Assembly (NCBI RefSeq): GCF_009914755.1
Contig: NC_060936.1
Length of the DNA: 64,000 bases
From: the human T2T-CHM13v2.0 reference genome, Homo sapiens
Strand: one strand, 5' to 3'
The position numbers were made by a program, and so were the translations under genes. Below the pieces are notes generated by a model. It saw only the letters and a list, made by a program, of their open reading frames with translations. It had not been told where the DNA came from and made no database searches. Numbering within the stretch: the first letter of the stretch is position 1; each line of letters starts with the position of its first letter. Below, piece by piece: positions 26,344 to 39,212 of the stretch.

Positions 26344-27769
26344 CTGGAGTGGGGAGAGAAGGGAGAGAGTGGTGAGAGGTCACAAGGACATGATGATGTC
26401 ATCCGTTGTGAATGACACCCTCTCAGTGGGCCAGGTGGCTTGAGATGAACTGTTCCTGTCTTCTGCAAGAAGACATGGAAGAGATTTCTGTTAACTGAGT
26501 TCTTACTATATGCTGGGCTCTGCCACACACCTGATCCCATTTAAGCCTGAGATGAGCCTGCAATATAGGCTACTAATATTTTCAAAGATGAAAATAATCA
26601 GAGACGAACTTCTACGACAGAATCATACAATTTCACAGATGAAAACACTGAGGCTTCGGGAGGTTAAGTGTTTTGCCAAAGGGCACACTGCCAGGAAGCA
26701 GCAGGGTCAGGATTTGAACCCAGAACTTTTCCCACTTGGGCATGGACTAGGAATGGTCATCTAGTGTATGGGGCTGGGATAAAGCTCTGTAACAGCTAGA
26801 GAGGCAGGAAGAGGGGGTGGGACTGGGATCCACACTGCAGCCTCCTGCTATGAGCAGACTTTGATGTCCACTGCAGCAAAAGGAACTCATTTATTTTGTT
26901 GACTGCTGTATTCTCACTCTTAGAACAGTGTCTAGCACATAAAAGATGTTCAGTACACATAGGCTGAATAAAAAAAAAAAAATGAATGAATGGAAGAGGG
27001 AATGAATGGAAAATTCCACTGAACCCAGCATCCTATTCTGCTAGACCACAGGGTTTCTGGTCCTGTGTTTTTTTTTTTTTTTCCAGCCCAACTCCACAAT
27101 AAAATATAGAAAGAGAAGCCTCCTGCCTTTCCCTCCAACCAGTAAGCTTTAAGTCCCTCTCTTCAGTTGAACTGCTAGGTCCTGCCTGGAGCTCCAACAC
27201 TAATTCTCTAACTTGCCAGCACTCCTTTAGCTGGGCAGAGTTTTTGCTTGTTAAAGCTTCCTTCTGTCTGTTTTCATATCCAATCCATTGTAAATCCTGC
27301 CAGGCTGCCACAATAGGGCTCGGTCTCCCTCTTGGCAGATGACAGCAGCTGAGCTACAGTGAGTACCTGCTATGTTGAGAGGCACCTGCTAACCAGGTGC
27401 TCTACACGTGGCCACATGGGACTTGCACAGCATTTCTGCTAGAGCAGTTTCACTGCCCTCACCTTTCAGAGCATGAAACTGTAGCTCAGAGAGGCCAAGT
27501 GATGTGCCCCAGGCCACACAGCTATTACGTAGTGGAGTGGCAATTTCAATCTATGTCTGTCTGTAAAGTTTATGCTCCTTCCAATGGTCTGGGGAAGGAT
27601 AAGCCCCTGGGGAAAGAAGAGATTCCATCCTTCAGGTTCAGCAAGCTCAAATGGCAGGGGAAGGGAGTAAAAAAAGAGCCTCCTAATGTCCACAGCCCCC
27701 GGGGACATCTGCTCTTCAGGACGCCGCCTTGGGGAACTTCATGGGAAGACTGACAATGGCTATGGTACA

Positions 27770-28100
27770 CCACGCACACAGGTGGGAGTATCTGTATCTG
27801 TGGGTACTGCTTGTCTTTAGAGGGTAAGCCATGGCAGTGCAAGTGTGTATATACACATGTCTTCATGTACCATGTAATGTGATTGTGTACCTGTGTGTGT
27901 ATGTGTCTGAGTCTGGCTATGTATGCAGGCTTCTGTGTAGGGATGTGCGTTCATGGAATGTTTTTGTATATGGATGTGTGTGAGTATAGATCTGAGTGCA
28001 GCTGTGTGTGAATGAATTTGTATAGAGGTATGTTTTTAAGTACTGCTCCTGTGTCTGCATGAGTGTGAGTACCTGAGAGTGTCTGTGTGAGTGTGCCAAC
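27770..28100. repeat. Degenerate TG-rich low-complexity tract (CA-rich in the pre-mRNA) in the last intron
   Basis: Many tgtgtg/tatg units. Confidence 0.8.
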
Positions 28101-28808
28101 CATGAATACCTGGGAGCAACTGGCAGAGCCATGGGGAGCCCTCAGCAGCCTCATCTGGGCCTGTCTCCCTTTTACCTTCTAGAGAGCTCAGTCATGGAAG
28201 CTGGGGCTGTCGAGAGAGGTCCCAGAAAGAGATGCCACACTCATTATCTCAGATAGAGCTACTGATCTCCAGCCAGAAACAAGGGGGAGGAGCATGGTCT
28301 GGAGCCTCTTATGAGGAAATCAGCAGAGATACTTCTGGTGAGCTCAGAGCCTTTCCTGCTCTGGCATTCATGCAATAGAGAATGCTGGAAGCTGAGATCT
28401 GCCATGACAGGGGCAGGCTGCTGGCTCAGAAGGAAGAGTTCCAGAAAGCTGGGCCTCGTGGAGGGGTACTCTGAATACCTGACATATGGGGGGCTTGGCA
28501 GGTTCAGACATCACCTCACTGCATGATGCTCAGACTCATCGGGGCATCAATCTTCATCAGGAAGAGATAAGCAATGAGAAACCCAGGGTAGCTGCAGGAC
28601 CCAAGACCCACAGGACAGACTCCAGCACCCAAACCCCAAAACAGACTCCATTGAACAGAAACCTAGTAGGGAAGAGTGGTTGCCGAAGGGTGGGCACATG
28701 GATAGGAGCTTGTTGGGGGAGGAGTAAAAAAGATGCAGAGGGGATCAAAAAGGTGACAAAGGGCAGAGGACAAGGCAGTGGGGAGAGACACTAAGGGAGA
28801 AAACCTAC

Positions 28809-28942
28809 TCTGCAGACTTCCAGAAATGTCCAGGGTGAGACAGGCGACGGTTTCGCTTTGGCAGTTTCTCCAGCATGTCCATGAGCTTGGTGAAGGTAGG
28901 TCTCTCTTCTTGTTCAAAGGCCCAGCAGAAGAGAAGAATGTC
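28809..28942 (-). CDS. KSR2: KSR2 penultimate exon (134 nt), [44 protein letters not shown](E)
   Basis: Acceptor tttcatttag|GAC, donor GA|gtaggt. Contains the subdomain XI CW...RP motif. Confidence 0.97.
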
Positions 28943-29049
28943 CTAAATGAAACCAATGTGTGGTGATTACACATAAATGGTGATTTCTTGATTACTCTTT
29001 GGCATCACATTTGGTCTGCCAATTTGTCCACTTATCTGCCCCATTTCCA

Positions 29050-29580
29050 TATTCCTCCATCATCCATTCATCCATCCATCCATCCATCCACCATCCATCC
29101 ATCCATCCATCCGGTATGTGTCTACACATCTACCCATCCAATCAATTCACTCTTCCATCCTTCATCCATCCATCCATCCATCCAGTATGTATCTACACAT
29201 CTACCCATCCAGTCAATTCACTCTTCCATCCTTCATCCATCCATCCACCCATATATGATCCATCCATCCATTCATCCACTCATCCACCCATCATGCATGC
29301 ATCTATATATCCACCCATCTATGTCAATTCACTCATTCATTCTTCATCTTTCATTATCCATCCATCCATCCATCCATCCGGCATGTATCTACACATCTAC
29401 CCATCCATATCAATTCACTCTTCCATCCTTCATCCATCCATCCACCCATATATCATCCACTCATCCACCCATCATGCATGCATCTATACATCCACCCATC
29501 TATGTCAATTATCTCATTAATTCTTCATCCTTCATTATCCATCCATCCATCCATCCATCCGTTTACCATCCATCCATCCT
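29050..29580. repeat. (TCCA)n-derived minisatellite with higher-order duplications
   Basis: TCCA runs interleaved with recurring 60-110 bp blocks. Confidence 0.95.
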
Positions 29581-30340
29581 TCTTCCCATGTACTTTCTGA
29601 GCCCAAATAACAACCAGGTAAGCTCTATTCTAGAAGGTCTAGAATACACTGAGGTCAACAATACTTCCCAAACAGTTTCTTGACATTTCTCTCAAGAGAA
29701 GGGATAAAAGGGAATCCTGGGGTCTCCATCCATATCTCAATACTATAAGAGCCCTTCAAAGTCAGAGGAGAAAAGTTACTTTTAGTAATCTCTTCATCAC
29801 CTAGGTGCAGGTAATCTTTAGAAACATACCACATCATTACTCCTTCTCTGACTTATGTGTCTTCTGATCAAAAGAGAGGATTCTTCCTGCTGTGTTTCAG
29901 AGGAAGATTGTTAATATTAATGTATACCCAGGCTTCTCTGTTTCTGTATGTCTTGTTCTGAGTTAGATAATGCCTTAAAATTATTATGTAGATGCAAATA
30001 AAATTGGAACCATTAATATTTGTGATGTTTTAATTCATATCTTTTAAAAATACCAGAAAAAGAGAGATATATTGGTTCTACCTAACTCAGCAACCCACAG
30101 TTAGGAAAAACCTGACCACGTGTTACTGTGCCCCTGGTGGCAGGTACCTGAAATTGCAGGCACAGTGCAGCAGCCTTGCCTTTTAAGCTTCAAACTGCCA
30201 TCTGACAAGGTTGGAATGCATATTTTTTTGGTCACCCTATGGGAAAGCATTTGTAACCTTAACACATAGTAAAAAGAAGGCCCATGACTGTGTCTGTGTC
30301 TCCCCTCATCCCCCAAGTCTGGACCTATCTTGGGACTTAC

Positions 30341-30470
30341 CGAGATTTCTTTTCCCATGCCAATCTGGCTGAGGTTGGGTTTCATGCCTGTGCCCATTTG
30401 CCAGATTATTGCCTCTGCTGGTTGGGTCTTGAAAGGCCATTCCCTGGCGTGGAGTTCATACCAGATTGTG
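30341..30470 (-). CDS. KSR2: KSR2 coding exon (130 nt), TIWYELHAREWPFKTQPAEAIIWQMGTGMKPNLSQIGMGKEIS
   Basis: Acceptor gccaacag|C, donor TCG|gtaagt. Visible inside ORF 30101..30598(-). Confidence 0.98.
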
Positions 30471-31981
30471 CTGTTGGCAGACGTTGTTAAAGGGGTGTTG
30501 GTGTGGTGTGTCACTTGCAACCTTGTACCTCCATTATTAGCACACACCCACCCAGCCAGTCTCCTGGCACCCATTCTTCTCCCCACTTTCTTCCTCATGG
30601 GGTTGGTATTTTGCCATGTGCGACATACCTAAAGCTTTCTTAATGTCTTAGAAGTCATGTTTATCCCAGGATATCTTCTAATGAATAGTTAAATATAATG
30701 TGGTTAGGATCTCTGTCCCTGATTCTACTTGCAATGATTCTAGGAAATCATTGCAAATAAATGAGGGATACAAAAATTTATTTATAAGGATATTCTCTAA
30801 AGCATTATATGTAATATTGAAAAAAAGTAAAAATAACACAATTGTCCAATAAGAGGAATTGGTTATATGCATTATGGTAAATCCATAAAATAAAATGAAA
30901 TGCTGTATTATTATTAAAACATTTCAAATAAATTTTGCTGACATAAAAAATGCTCAATATATAACCTTAGGTAAAAAAAAGCAGGATATGAGACTGTATG
31001 TAGGATTTGATATTGCTTTTTAAAAAACCATTATATATGTATGAACAAGAGAATAAAGTAAAGCATAGCAAAATGTTAACAATAACTAACTCTGGGTGAC
31101 AGGTTAGGATTTTTTTTCTTTTATACTTGTCCTTTTTTTTTTCTAAGTATAAACCACCCTGCGGAACGGTGGAAAGAAAAAAAGAGGTTTGACAGCGACT
31201 TGGGTTCAAGTCCTGATTCTATTTATACTAGTAGTATAATAGGGTAGGTTTCCTGGGTACGTCACTTCACTTCTCCAAATGCAGGTTTTCTTACCTGATA
31301 AATGAGAATAATGACAACATTGCAGTGGAAGGATGTTTATCTGGGACTCCGAATGCCAAAACAACTCCATGCTAGGATTATTCTAGAGGGATTTACCACA
31401 TTATTTTCTGTTTCATAAGTCATGACATTGTAATTAATGGAGAGAGGATTGCTCTAGTGAGTAGCATGTGCCATGAAGGGGGTGATGGGCCAGGTGGTGC
31501 ATAAATGATGCTGTGAAGTGTGAATAGCAGTGAGGACCACAGTGGATGAAACAGGATGCTAGGGTGTCACTGAGCTGTATCATGGGGACAGATCTCAGCG
31601 CTTTGAGCACAAGATTCCCCAACTTAGGAAATATCTGAAACAATCCTAGAAAGTGATCTTTCCTCCACTCTAAGATTTCATGTAAGTTTGCTTTAAAGAA
31701 CACAAAGCACTCTGCTATCCTTTTTACTAATCAGAGCACTGTGTCAAATCAACTATTGCTAGGGTTTCACTTCGTAGTTACATCTTCCTTCTACCTGACA
31801 ACCTTATACCTCTGGGCTGGGGAAGGGGTGGTGATGCTCAGGTGTTCGGATGTCAAGTTAGATGATCAGAAAGCTCTCAAGAGAAGGTGCTAAAAGATTA
31901 TAGTTATCATAAGAAATAATAATGCTTATTGAGGTTTTACTCTGCACTAGGCACTATTCTAAGTTTTTTTGTGGAGGGAGG

Positions 31982-32474
31982 TCTATTCATCATGTCTTTT
32001 TATTCTGATGCTTTGACTACTTGGGGCTCTGCTGACCCTGGAGGGTCTGTCCCTTCCAGGAACAGCCAATTCCTGGAAATAGTAAAGCACTCACCTGTGA
32101 GCACAGCTTTCACAGGCTAATCAGATAATCCAGAACTCACACTCATACTGCCAACTACCTCCTTAACTGGGCTTTCAAGTTCCAGGCCAATATTCCCCAG
32201 CCCCTATACACCAGAGCCTGCTGAAATCATTCAAACAAGCCAATCCTAAGTCTTCTTACCCTGCCTCCCCTGCTCCTTCCCAAGAGCCACAATAAAGGCT
32301 CTTCCCAACGTTTTCCTCACATTTCCTCTGCCTCCAGACCGACCCTGGTGCTGCCCCCTGTGGACACTGCATGGTGTGGCACGCCCCCTCTGGGAACTGT
32401 GAGTAACCATCTTTTCAAAGGCGACTGTTGGCCTCATGCTGCCTGAATAATAACAAAACCTACATTTTAAAACA
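31982..32474 (+). mobile_element. MER74-like ERVL LTR
   Basis: ttctgatgctttgac...gctgaccctggagggtctgtccc...agccaattcctgga...aataaagg...aacctacattttaaaaca. Confidence 0.75.
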
Positions 32475-33759
32475 GGAGGCATTATTATTAATATTATCCG
32501 CCTTTCATAGATGAGGAAACTGATGCCCAGAAAGGTTGTGTGTCTTTCCCAAGATAACACAGCAAACAAGAAGGGCAGCCAGAAGCTGAACTTAGTCCAT
32601 CTAACTCCAAGATGGTGCCACTGGCCAACGTGCTATCCTAGGAAGCTTAGACTCCATCCTATTTAAGAGTCCTTTGTAATCAAGAAAGTGCACAATTTGG
32701 GAGGTGCGAGCTTGTGGCTGGCGATTGGAGTCTGGTGAAGGAGGCATAAACAGACTCATCCACCACTCATGTGAAACGGGGAAGGGTGTTTTGAGTTATT
32801 CCCTGTGCTGGGTACCTTACAAATGTTTTCTCACTCAATTCTTAGAACACCTCAATGGATTTATTATCCTTGATTTACAGTTGAGAGAAATAGGGCTTTG
32901 AGTGGCAAAATAAATCCCAAACCCATTGGGACTCTATGGTTAAAAGCTCCAACTCTAGAGTACAGGATATTCCAGGTGAATCTCAGCACCATCATTCATC
33001 ACTGTAAGGCATGTCACTGAGCCATCTGAAGCCTCAGTATTCTCACCTGTCAATTGGGAGCAACATGGTATCTGCTTCCAAGGGTGCTTGTAAAAATTGT
33101 GAGACAATGCACATAAAAGGCTTAACACAGTGCTCAATCCTCTTTAAAAAGTTCATTTTTGTTCTAAGTCATTTCTGAGCACGAGGTTCCCAAGCAACAG
33201 GATGCACCTAATTGGCAGGAAACCAGAGAGCCGGGTCCTTCGGAATTCAGCAGTGTCAGAAATAAAAGCCTCATTAAAACTTCCTTTTAAACCCAACTTT
33301 CAAGAGAAACTCACTTTAAGGAAAAAAGATTTGCTGAAGATGAAAACTCCAGCAGAAAACCAATTATTCTGGTACATTTTGTTAATCACATTTTTTTTTC
33401 TTTTGCTAAATTTACACTAAACTATACCAACTTAATTATTGCAATTTGGTTTCAGATAACAATATCTAACTAGATAAAGATTTGGGCATAAAATAATCAG
33501 GCCAACTGACATCCTCTAAAGGGGCCCAAGCAACAGATGTTGAGAATTCTGATCTTCCAGAAATATCTCCTCAGGGTTTTTCAGTGAGGATGCGGTGGGG
33601 GCCCTTTTCCAAGGAAGACTGTCTCTGTAACATCTCTCGGTGGTGCTAAGTCTAATTGCACTCATCTGCAGGCCTGCAACTTTCCCAAACCGCTTCCCCA
33701 GTGTTATCTCCCCCAGCCCTTGCAACCACATGTGGACAAGGTTAGGCAAGGATTTGCAT

Positions 33760-35385
33760 GGCCATGGGAGCCTAGAAGCCTTTCTGGCTATATTTTCTCA
33801 GGGCACTCTTCCCTGCATCCTGGCGCTGTGTCCTAGGCCCTTCTTCTCCTTCTGTACTTCCAAAGACATCTCATTCTGTCTGTGGCTGCAGTTACCTATT
33901 TTCTGACAAGTCCTAAACTGCTCTTTTCTATACTAGTCGTGTAGAGGCAGCTGTGTTTTGGTGGTTTCATTTGTCATCTCCACGATAGCTCAAACTCACT
34001 GTGTCTAAACCTGACCTCTTTTCCTCCCTGGCATGCCCCAACCCTGCTGCACCGCCATGGTCTCCACCTTAGTGAATGATGCCACTCTCCACCTGCTTGC
34101 TTAAGGCAGCTATCTAGGCACCACCCAAATTCAATCCATCATCAAGCTCTATTGCTTCCACCTCCTCTGGGTGCTGCTGATGTCCATTCTCAGCCTTCAT
34201 ACCCACAGGCTCTGATTCAGTGAAGGCTGCCAGCATTTCCCTGTGTATTGGACACCCGGCCCCCATCCTCTCCTTCTTCATTCCGTTCTCTACTCAGCAG
34301 CCAGAGTGATCTGATTGATCTAAAACTCAAATTAGGATTATGTCACTCCCCCTTCCCCCAGAGTTTAATAACCATCAATGGCTCCTTAGTGCACTGAAGA
34401 TGAAATGAAAACTCCTTAACTCAACCTTTAAGTCCTTGCAGGATTGACCGTGCTTCCCTCTCTAGTCTCTTATCTCACCACCCCCAGCCTAATTTTTTTC
34501 CTGACTCTTCATCCATCAGCTCCCTTTCCTCCCCCAACCCTTCTATATATTATTCCATGTGGGCAATGTGTTCTCTTTTCTTTTTGAAACTTTTTGCACA
34601 TTCTTTTGATCTGGAACACCTCACCCTGCCCTTGTACTCAATCTTTAACTTAGGCTCAGGATTATCATCTCCTGGAAGCCCTCCCTGATCTCCCAGATTG
34701 GATTTGGTTCCTCTTTTATTCCCACAGTCCTGTGTTTATTCTCAGAATAGCATTTATCATACTTTGCTAAAGTTGGATGTTTCCTTATCTGCCTTCCACT
34801 AGAAAGAGAGAGTAGGGGCCTCTGGTGGTTTTAAATATGTCCAGTATATTCTTTGATATTCCATTATGTATAAGATAGGGCTTAATTCTCCTCCCCTTAG
34901 GTGTGGACTGGATTTAGCAACTTGCTTTTAACAAACAGCATATGGTAGGAGCAATGATATGTAAATTTCTGAGACTAGATCATAAATGACAATGAGGCTT
35001 GTAGCCACCATGTTGTGAAGTCATTCAAGTAACCTATACTCAGGCCCAAGGGTTGAGGAACTGAGGCCTCCTTCCAACAGCTGTGTGAGTGGGCCACCAG
35101 GGAAGTGGATCCCCAGCCTGCTGAGCCTTCAGATGAGACCGCAGCCCTAGCCAATATCTTGACTGCAACCTCATAAAAGCCCACTCAGAACCACTCAGCT
35201 AAGCCACTCTCAAATTCCTGACCACAGAAACTTGAGATAAGAAATGTTTTCAGTGGCTAAGTTTTGGGGTAATTTGTTATGTAGTAATAATGAAGACAAC
35301 ACTGAATCTTGTATCCCCTGCATCTGCTACAATCCTAGCACATAGTAGGCAGCCAACAAATAGCTATTGAATAAGTAAATGAGTT
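33760..35385 (+). mobile_element. L2 remnant interrupted by an MLT1 LTR (about 34820-35298)
   Basis: CT-rich L2 body, L2 3' end acatagtagg...aaatagctattgaataagtaaatga, and internal MLT1 motifs. Confidence 0.7.
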
Positions 35386-35613
35386 GGGTAACTTGTTAAG
35401 GCCACATAATCCATTAGAAACCAGACACACACGTTTGTTAGGGTCATTCTTTCTAGTATACCCTACTCAGGTTCCTCCATTCTCACCCAAAAATCCAGCC
35501 ACTTTGGCCCTGTAGACAGGTACACCCTGGCCCTTCCAAAAGCACTGAAAGACTTGAGAAGTGCCCCTCTGCCCAGGCTGTGGCTCTCAATGGCCAGGGC
35601 AGGGCCCACTTAC

Positions 35614-35745
35614 CCAAGGGCAAAGACGTCAGAGTGCTTGGAGAAGGGGAGCTTATCCTCCTCTGTGTCGGGGGACAGCTGGCGGATGATCTCTGGTGCC
35701 AGGTGGCATAGCCAGCCATTCTGGATGCGCAGTTTGTCCTCCCGC
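35614..35745 (-). CDS. KSR2: KSR2 coding exon (132 nt, phase 2 to 2), REDKLRIQNGWLCHLAPEIIRQLSPDTEEDKLPFSKHSDVFAL(G)
   Basis: Acceptor cttctccag|G, donor GG|gtaagt. Contains the APE motif and the subdomain IX SDVFALG motif. Confidence 0.98.
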
Positions 35746-36006
35746 CTGGAGAAGCAAAGCACAGGATGAGCTCTGTTTCATAGCCCAGGGTGGACCAGTC
35801 CCCCTGGCACTGACCCTACGTCCCTGGAGCCATCTCTGCTGCCCTTCTCGCTTCCCACATTGAGCACTGCCTGACCACCTACTGGAGGCCGAGACCCAGT
35901 AGTAGGTGCAGGGAAGGCTGCTCTAGAGAAACACTCAGGATCCAAACCATCATCAAATTCCATTGCCTCTGAGGCACCCACCTTCTTGCCCATCTTCATT
36001 CAATGA

Positions 36007-36535
36007 CAGTGTGGATTCTTGTTATTCACGGCAGTTACGTTCTATAAAGTCACTGGAACACGGAATTAGCAGAATACTGAATCATTGCTCCTGGGGAAAT
36101 ATGTACACATGCACACACCCCTCACATAGTTTATAATTTTAACCCTAAAAACAACTTATCTGACAGATTCTGTTTTATTTTACATAATAGACTATGGGGC
36201 TCAGAAGTGTTAAGTGACTTGTCTGAGGCAGCCCTACTAACAGGTGCCAGAGTTGGGATTCAAATCTCATCCAACTGGCCCCAGAGCTAGAGCTTCTTAT
36301 GCTACTCTGCACTGCCCACTCTGTCTCAACCTCCATCCTCAAGGCTTCTCTGCATGAGGCTGAAACAATGAGGCAGAACATCCTCCTGTTTGACCTAAGC
36401 TGGAAACATGTGCATTGGGTAACTCAAACTTTTCCCCACTCTGCATGTCCCTGAATAACTGTGAAAGTGCTGTGAGTGTTGATTTGGGGGATTACAAATA
36501 CATTTCAGTGAATCCACAAATAATGATAATCTACT
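36007..36535 (+). mobile_element. MER82-like (Tigger) DNA transposon
   Basis: ttattcacggcagttacgttctataaagtc... with an inverted end ...ccacaaataatgataatctactg. Confidence 0.7.
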
Positions 36536-37570
36536 GTGTTTTTCCATCACCTATGATGCCTAGGTTCTGTGCTTGGCAAAGAACAAGACCAACAAGGTCC
36601 CTTCCCTCCTGGAGCTTGCACTTTAGTAGGGAAAGAAGACAACAAATGAGTTCAATAAACAGGAAAAGCTAAAGATTGTGATAAGCATCATACAAATAAT
36701 TAAAATAGAGGATGCATCAAAGATAAGATGGATCTTACTGCAGGTAAACTGTGAGCTAAGATCTACGTGACATAAAGGATCCAGTTATGTGAACAAGGAG
36801 AATATCTAGACAGAAGGGGAAGTTAGGACAAAGTTCCAACAAGGGCCCCATTCAGGGTGTTCTAGAACCCTAAAGAACACCAGTGTAATTGGAACACATC
36901 ATCCCATCCTATGTATCAAAGTATATACAACCAACTCCTTGCTGATGGGCCTTGGGCGGGTGGTTCCCTCTTCCGCCATTATGAACAATGCTGCCATGAA
37001 CATCTTTGGGTAGATACAGGGAATATCTCCCTTCATCCATGTTAATTTATTCCTTAGGTAAATTCTTAGATGTGGAAGGAGGCTGGCTCCCTTCTTTCAC
37101 TGGAAGTCATTAGCAAGACAGAGCTTTCCATGTGGGTCTGAAATCTAAGCAGACCCCCTCTGAGATCTTCACTGACTCAAGACTCCTAGGAACTGGCTCA
37201 TTAACACAGGGGAAGGGAGCAGTCAGCGGGAGAGGGGGTGCATATCTCGAATCATCCTCAAAAGTGAGGTCATTCAGGATGACAGCCTCCAGCATGAAGG
37301 TCTCTGTGGGGACCTGGGGCTAGCTAGATTCTTCCAGAGAGGGTTTCTGAGATGTAGAAGTTGTGACATGCTGCTCCCTCAAACGCACTCATTCATATCC
37401 CATAATCATGATTTTTGCCATATCTAAATACCTTCAAGAGCAGCATTATGCGATAGAACTTTCCATTATGCCAGAAATATCCTCTATATGGTCCAATGTG
37501 GCAGCCACTAACCACCATGACTATTGAGCACTTGAAATGTGGCTTACAACTGAAGAACTAAACTTTTCAT

Positions 37571-37903
37571 TTTTTTTTTTTTTAATTTTAGAGACAAGGT
37601 CTGCTGAGACAGTCTGTCTATCACCCAGGCTGAAGTGCAGAGGTGAGATCATAGTTCATGGTCGCTTGAACTCCTGGCCTCAAGCGACCCTCCCATCTTC
37701 AGCCTATGAAGTAGCTGGGATTACAGGCGTGAGCAACCGCACCCTGCTAATTTTATTTTATTTTTTTTTAGAGATGTGGTCTTGCTATGTGATCTTGCTA
37801 TGTTGCCCAGGCTGGTCTGAAACTCCTGGCCTCAAGGGATTGATCCTCCAACCTCAGCCTCCCAAAGTATTGAGATTATAGGCATGAGCCACTGCTCCTA
37901 GCC
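37571..37903 (-). mobile_element. Alu (AluJ-like) nested in a MER3-like element
   Basis: TSD aacttttcatttt on both sides. Confidence 0.9.
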
Positions 37904-38557
37904 CTGAACTTTTCATTTTAATTAAAGTTAAATTTACATAGCCACATCTGGCTAGTGGCCACCAAATTGGACAACACTGTTCTAGACTATTATATATTAA
38001 GAAATGCATTTTTAACTTAAATATATTTCAATAGGTCACTCTGTAGTGTGGCCATAAATGGAGACTAGTGATTTTCTAATACACATTAAAATTAAGATAG
38101 AAAATGTTTGTTCATGTCCTCCCCCACATCAACTTGCAGATCACACCTGTAGAAACACTGGGTGGAGGAAAGATCCCTGAATGACGCTCCAAGAGTTTGG
38201 GGCTCAGGGTTCCAGTGCTGCAGTGACATTCACTAGCTGGGTAAGGCTGGATGTATCCCATACATGCGATTCTTTAAGATCTCTTTCATAACCCCTCCAT
38301 CTCACACATGAAGGTAGCATCCATTTGGATATACTCGACTTTTTGTAGAACCCAAAACAGGGACTGTAGGAAAGGAAGCAAAGCCGGGTAACTGCGGCAA
38401 TCACAACTCTTAATTGCATTTGGATGGTGGCTTACCACAGGTATCCCACCCTGGGCCACCCATCCACCTCCTGCACTCCCAGGCTAGGAGCAGACTGGCA
38501 TGCATGCAACAGAAAGCAATGTGGCCAGGCAGACACCATTAAATTTGTTCTAATTTA

Positions 38558-38783
38558 GGATTTCTCAACCTTGGCACTATTGACATTTGGGTCTGGGCAG
38601 TTCTTTGTTGTTGGGGGACACGGGGGCTGTCCTGGGCATTGCAGGATGGTCAGCAGCATCCCTGGCCTCTACTCATTACAGGCCGTTAGCACCCCCCTCC
38701 CCCTAATCATGACAACTAAAAATGTCTTCAGACATCATCAAATGTCCCCTGGAGGGGAAAAATGGCCCTGGTTGAGAATCACT
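38558..38783 (-). mobile_element. MER20
   Basis: gatttctcaaccttggcactattgacatttgg...ccctggttgagaatcactg. Confidence 0.88.
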
Positions 38784-39171
38784 GTTCTAATTTATACAAA
38801 ATACGGAAATGGTCCAAATCTCAGTGTTTCAGGATTAATAGCACATGACTTGCTCCTGCATTCTACACAAAAGACATGATACACACATCCTGTGCTAGAA
38901 ACTACTACTCAAACTAACTAGCAAACACTTGAGTCAGCAGAGTTAAATCAGCTCTTGCTTCTAGAATCAGGAACACCCACAGAGGTTGAAGGCTCTTACT
39001 TACTAGCTATGGAACCTTGAGCAGACCCAAATTTCTATTTTCCCATCTATAAAATGGGCACATTAATTTGTACTTCACAGAGCTGTTGCAAGGATTAAAA
39101 TGAGACAGTGCGTGGCACAGGACTGTGTCAGCTGCCAGAGACACGCAATTACTGGACATAATCATTACACA

Positions 39172-39172
39172 T

Positions 39173-39210
<38 letters not shown>
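39172..39210. repeat. (TG)n microsatellite
   Basis: Seen directly. Confidence 0.97.

Positions 39211-39212
<2 letters not shown>

Noticed and set aside
29050-29580. Dense YCAY clusters as NOVA binding sites
   Set aside because: YCAY is on the plus strand; the KSR2 pre-mRNA reads UGGA there.
28988-29683. 231-aa and 173-aa plus-strand ORFs rich in IHPS
   Set aside because: They are translations of the (TCCA)n minisatellite, which lacks stops by composition, and they are antisense to KSR2.
32349-32395. Two CTCF-like motifs in the MER74 LTR
   Set aside because: The 5' halves deviate from consensus, so they cannot be supported without ChIP data.
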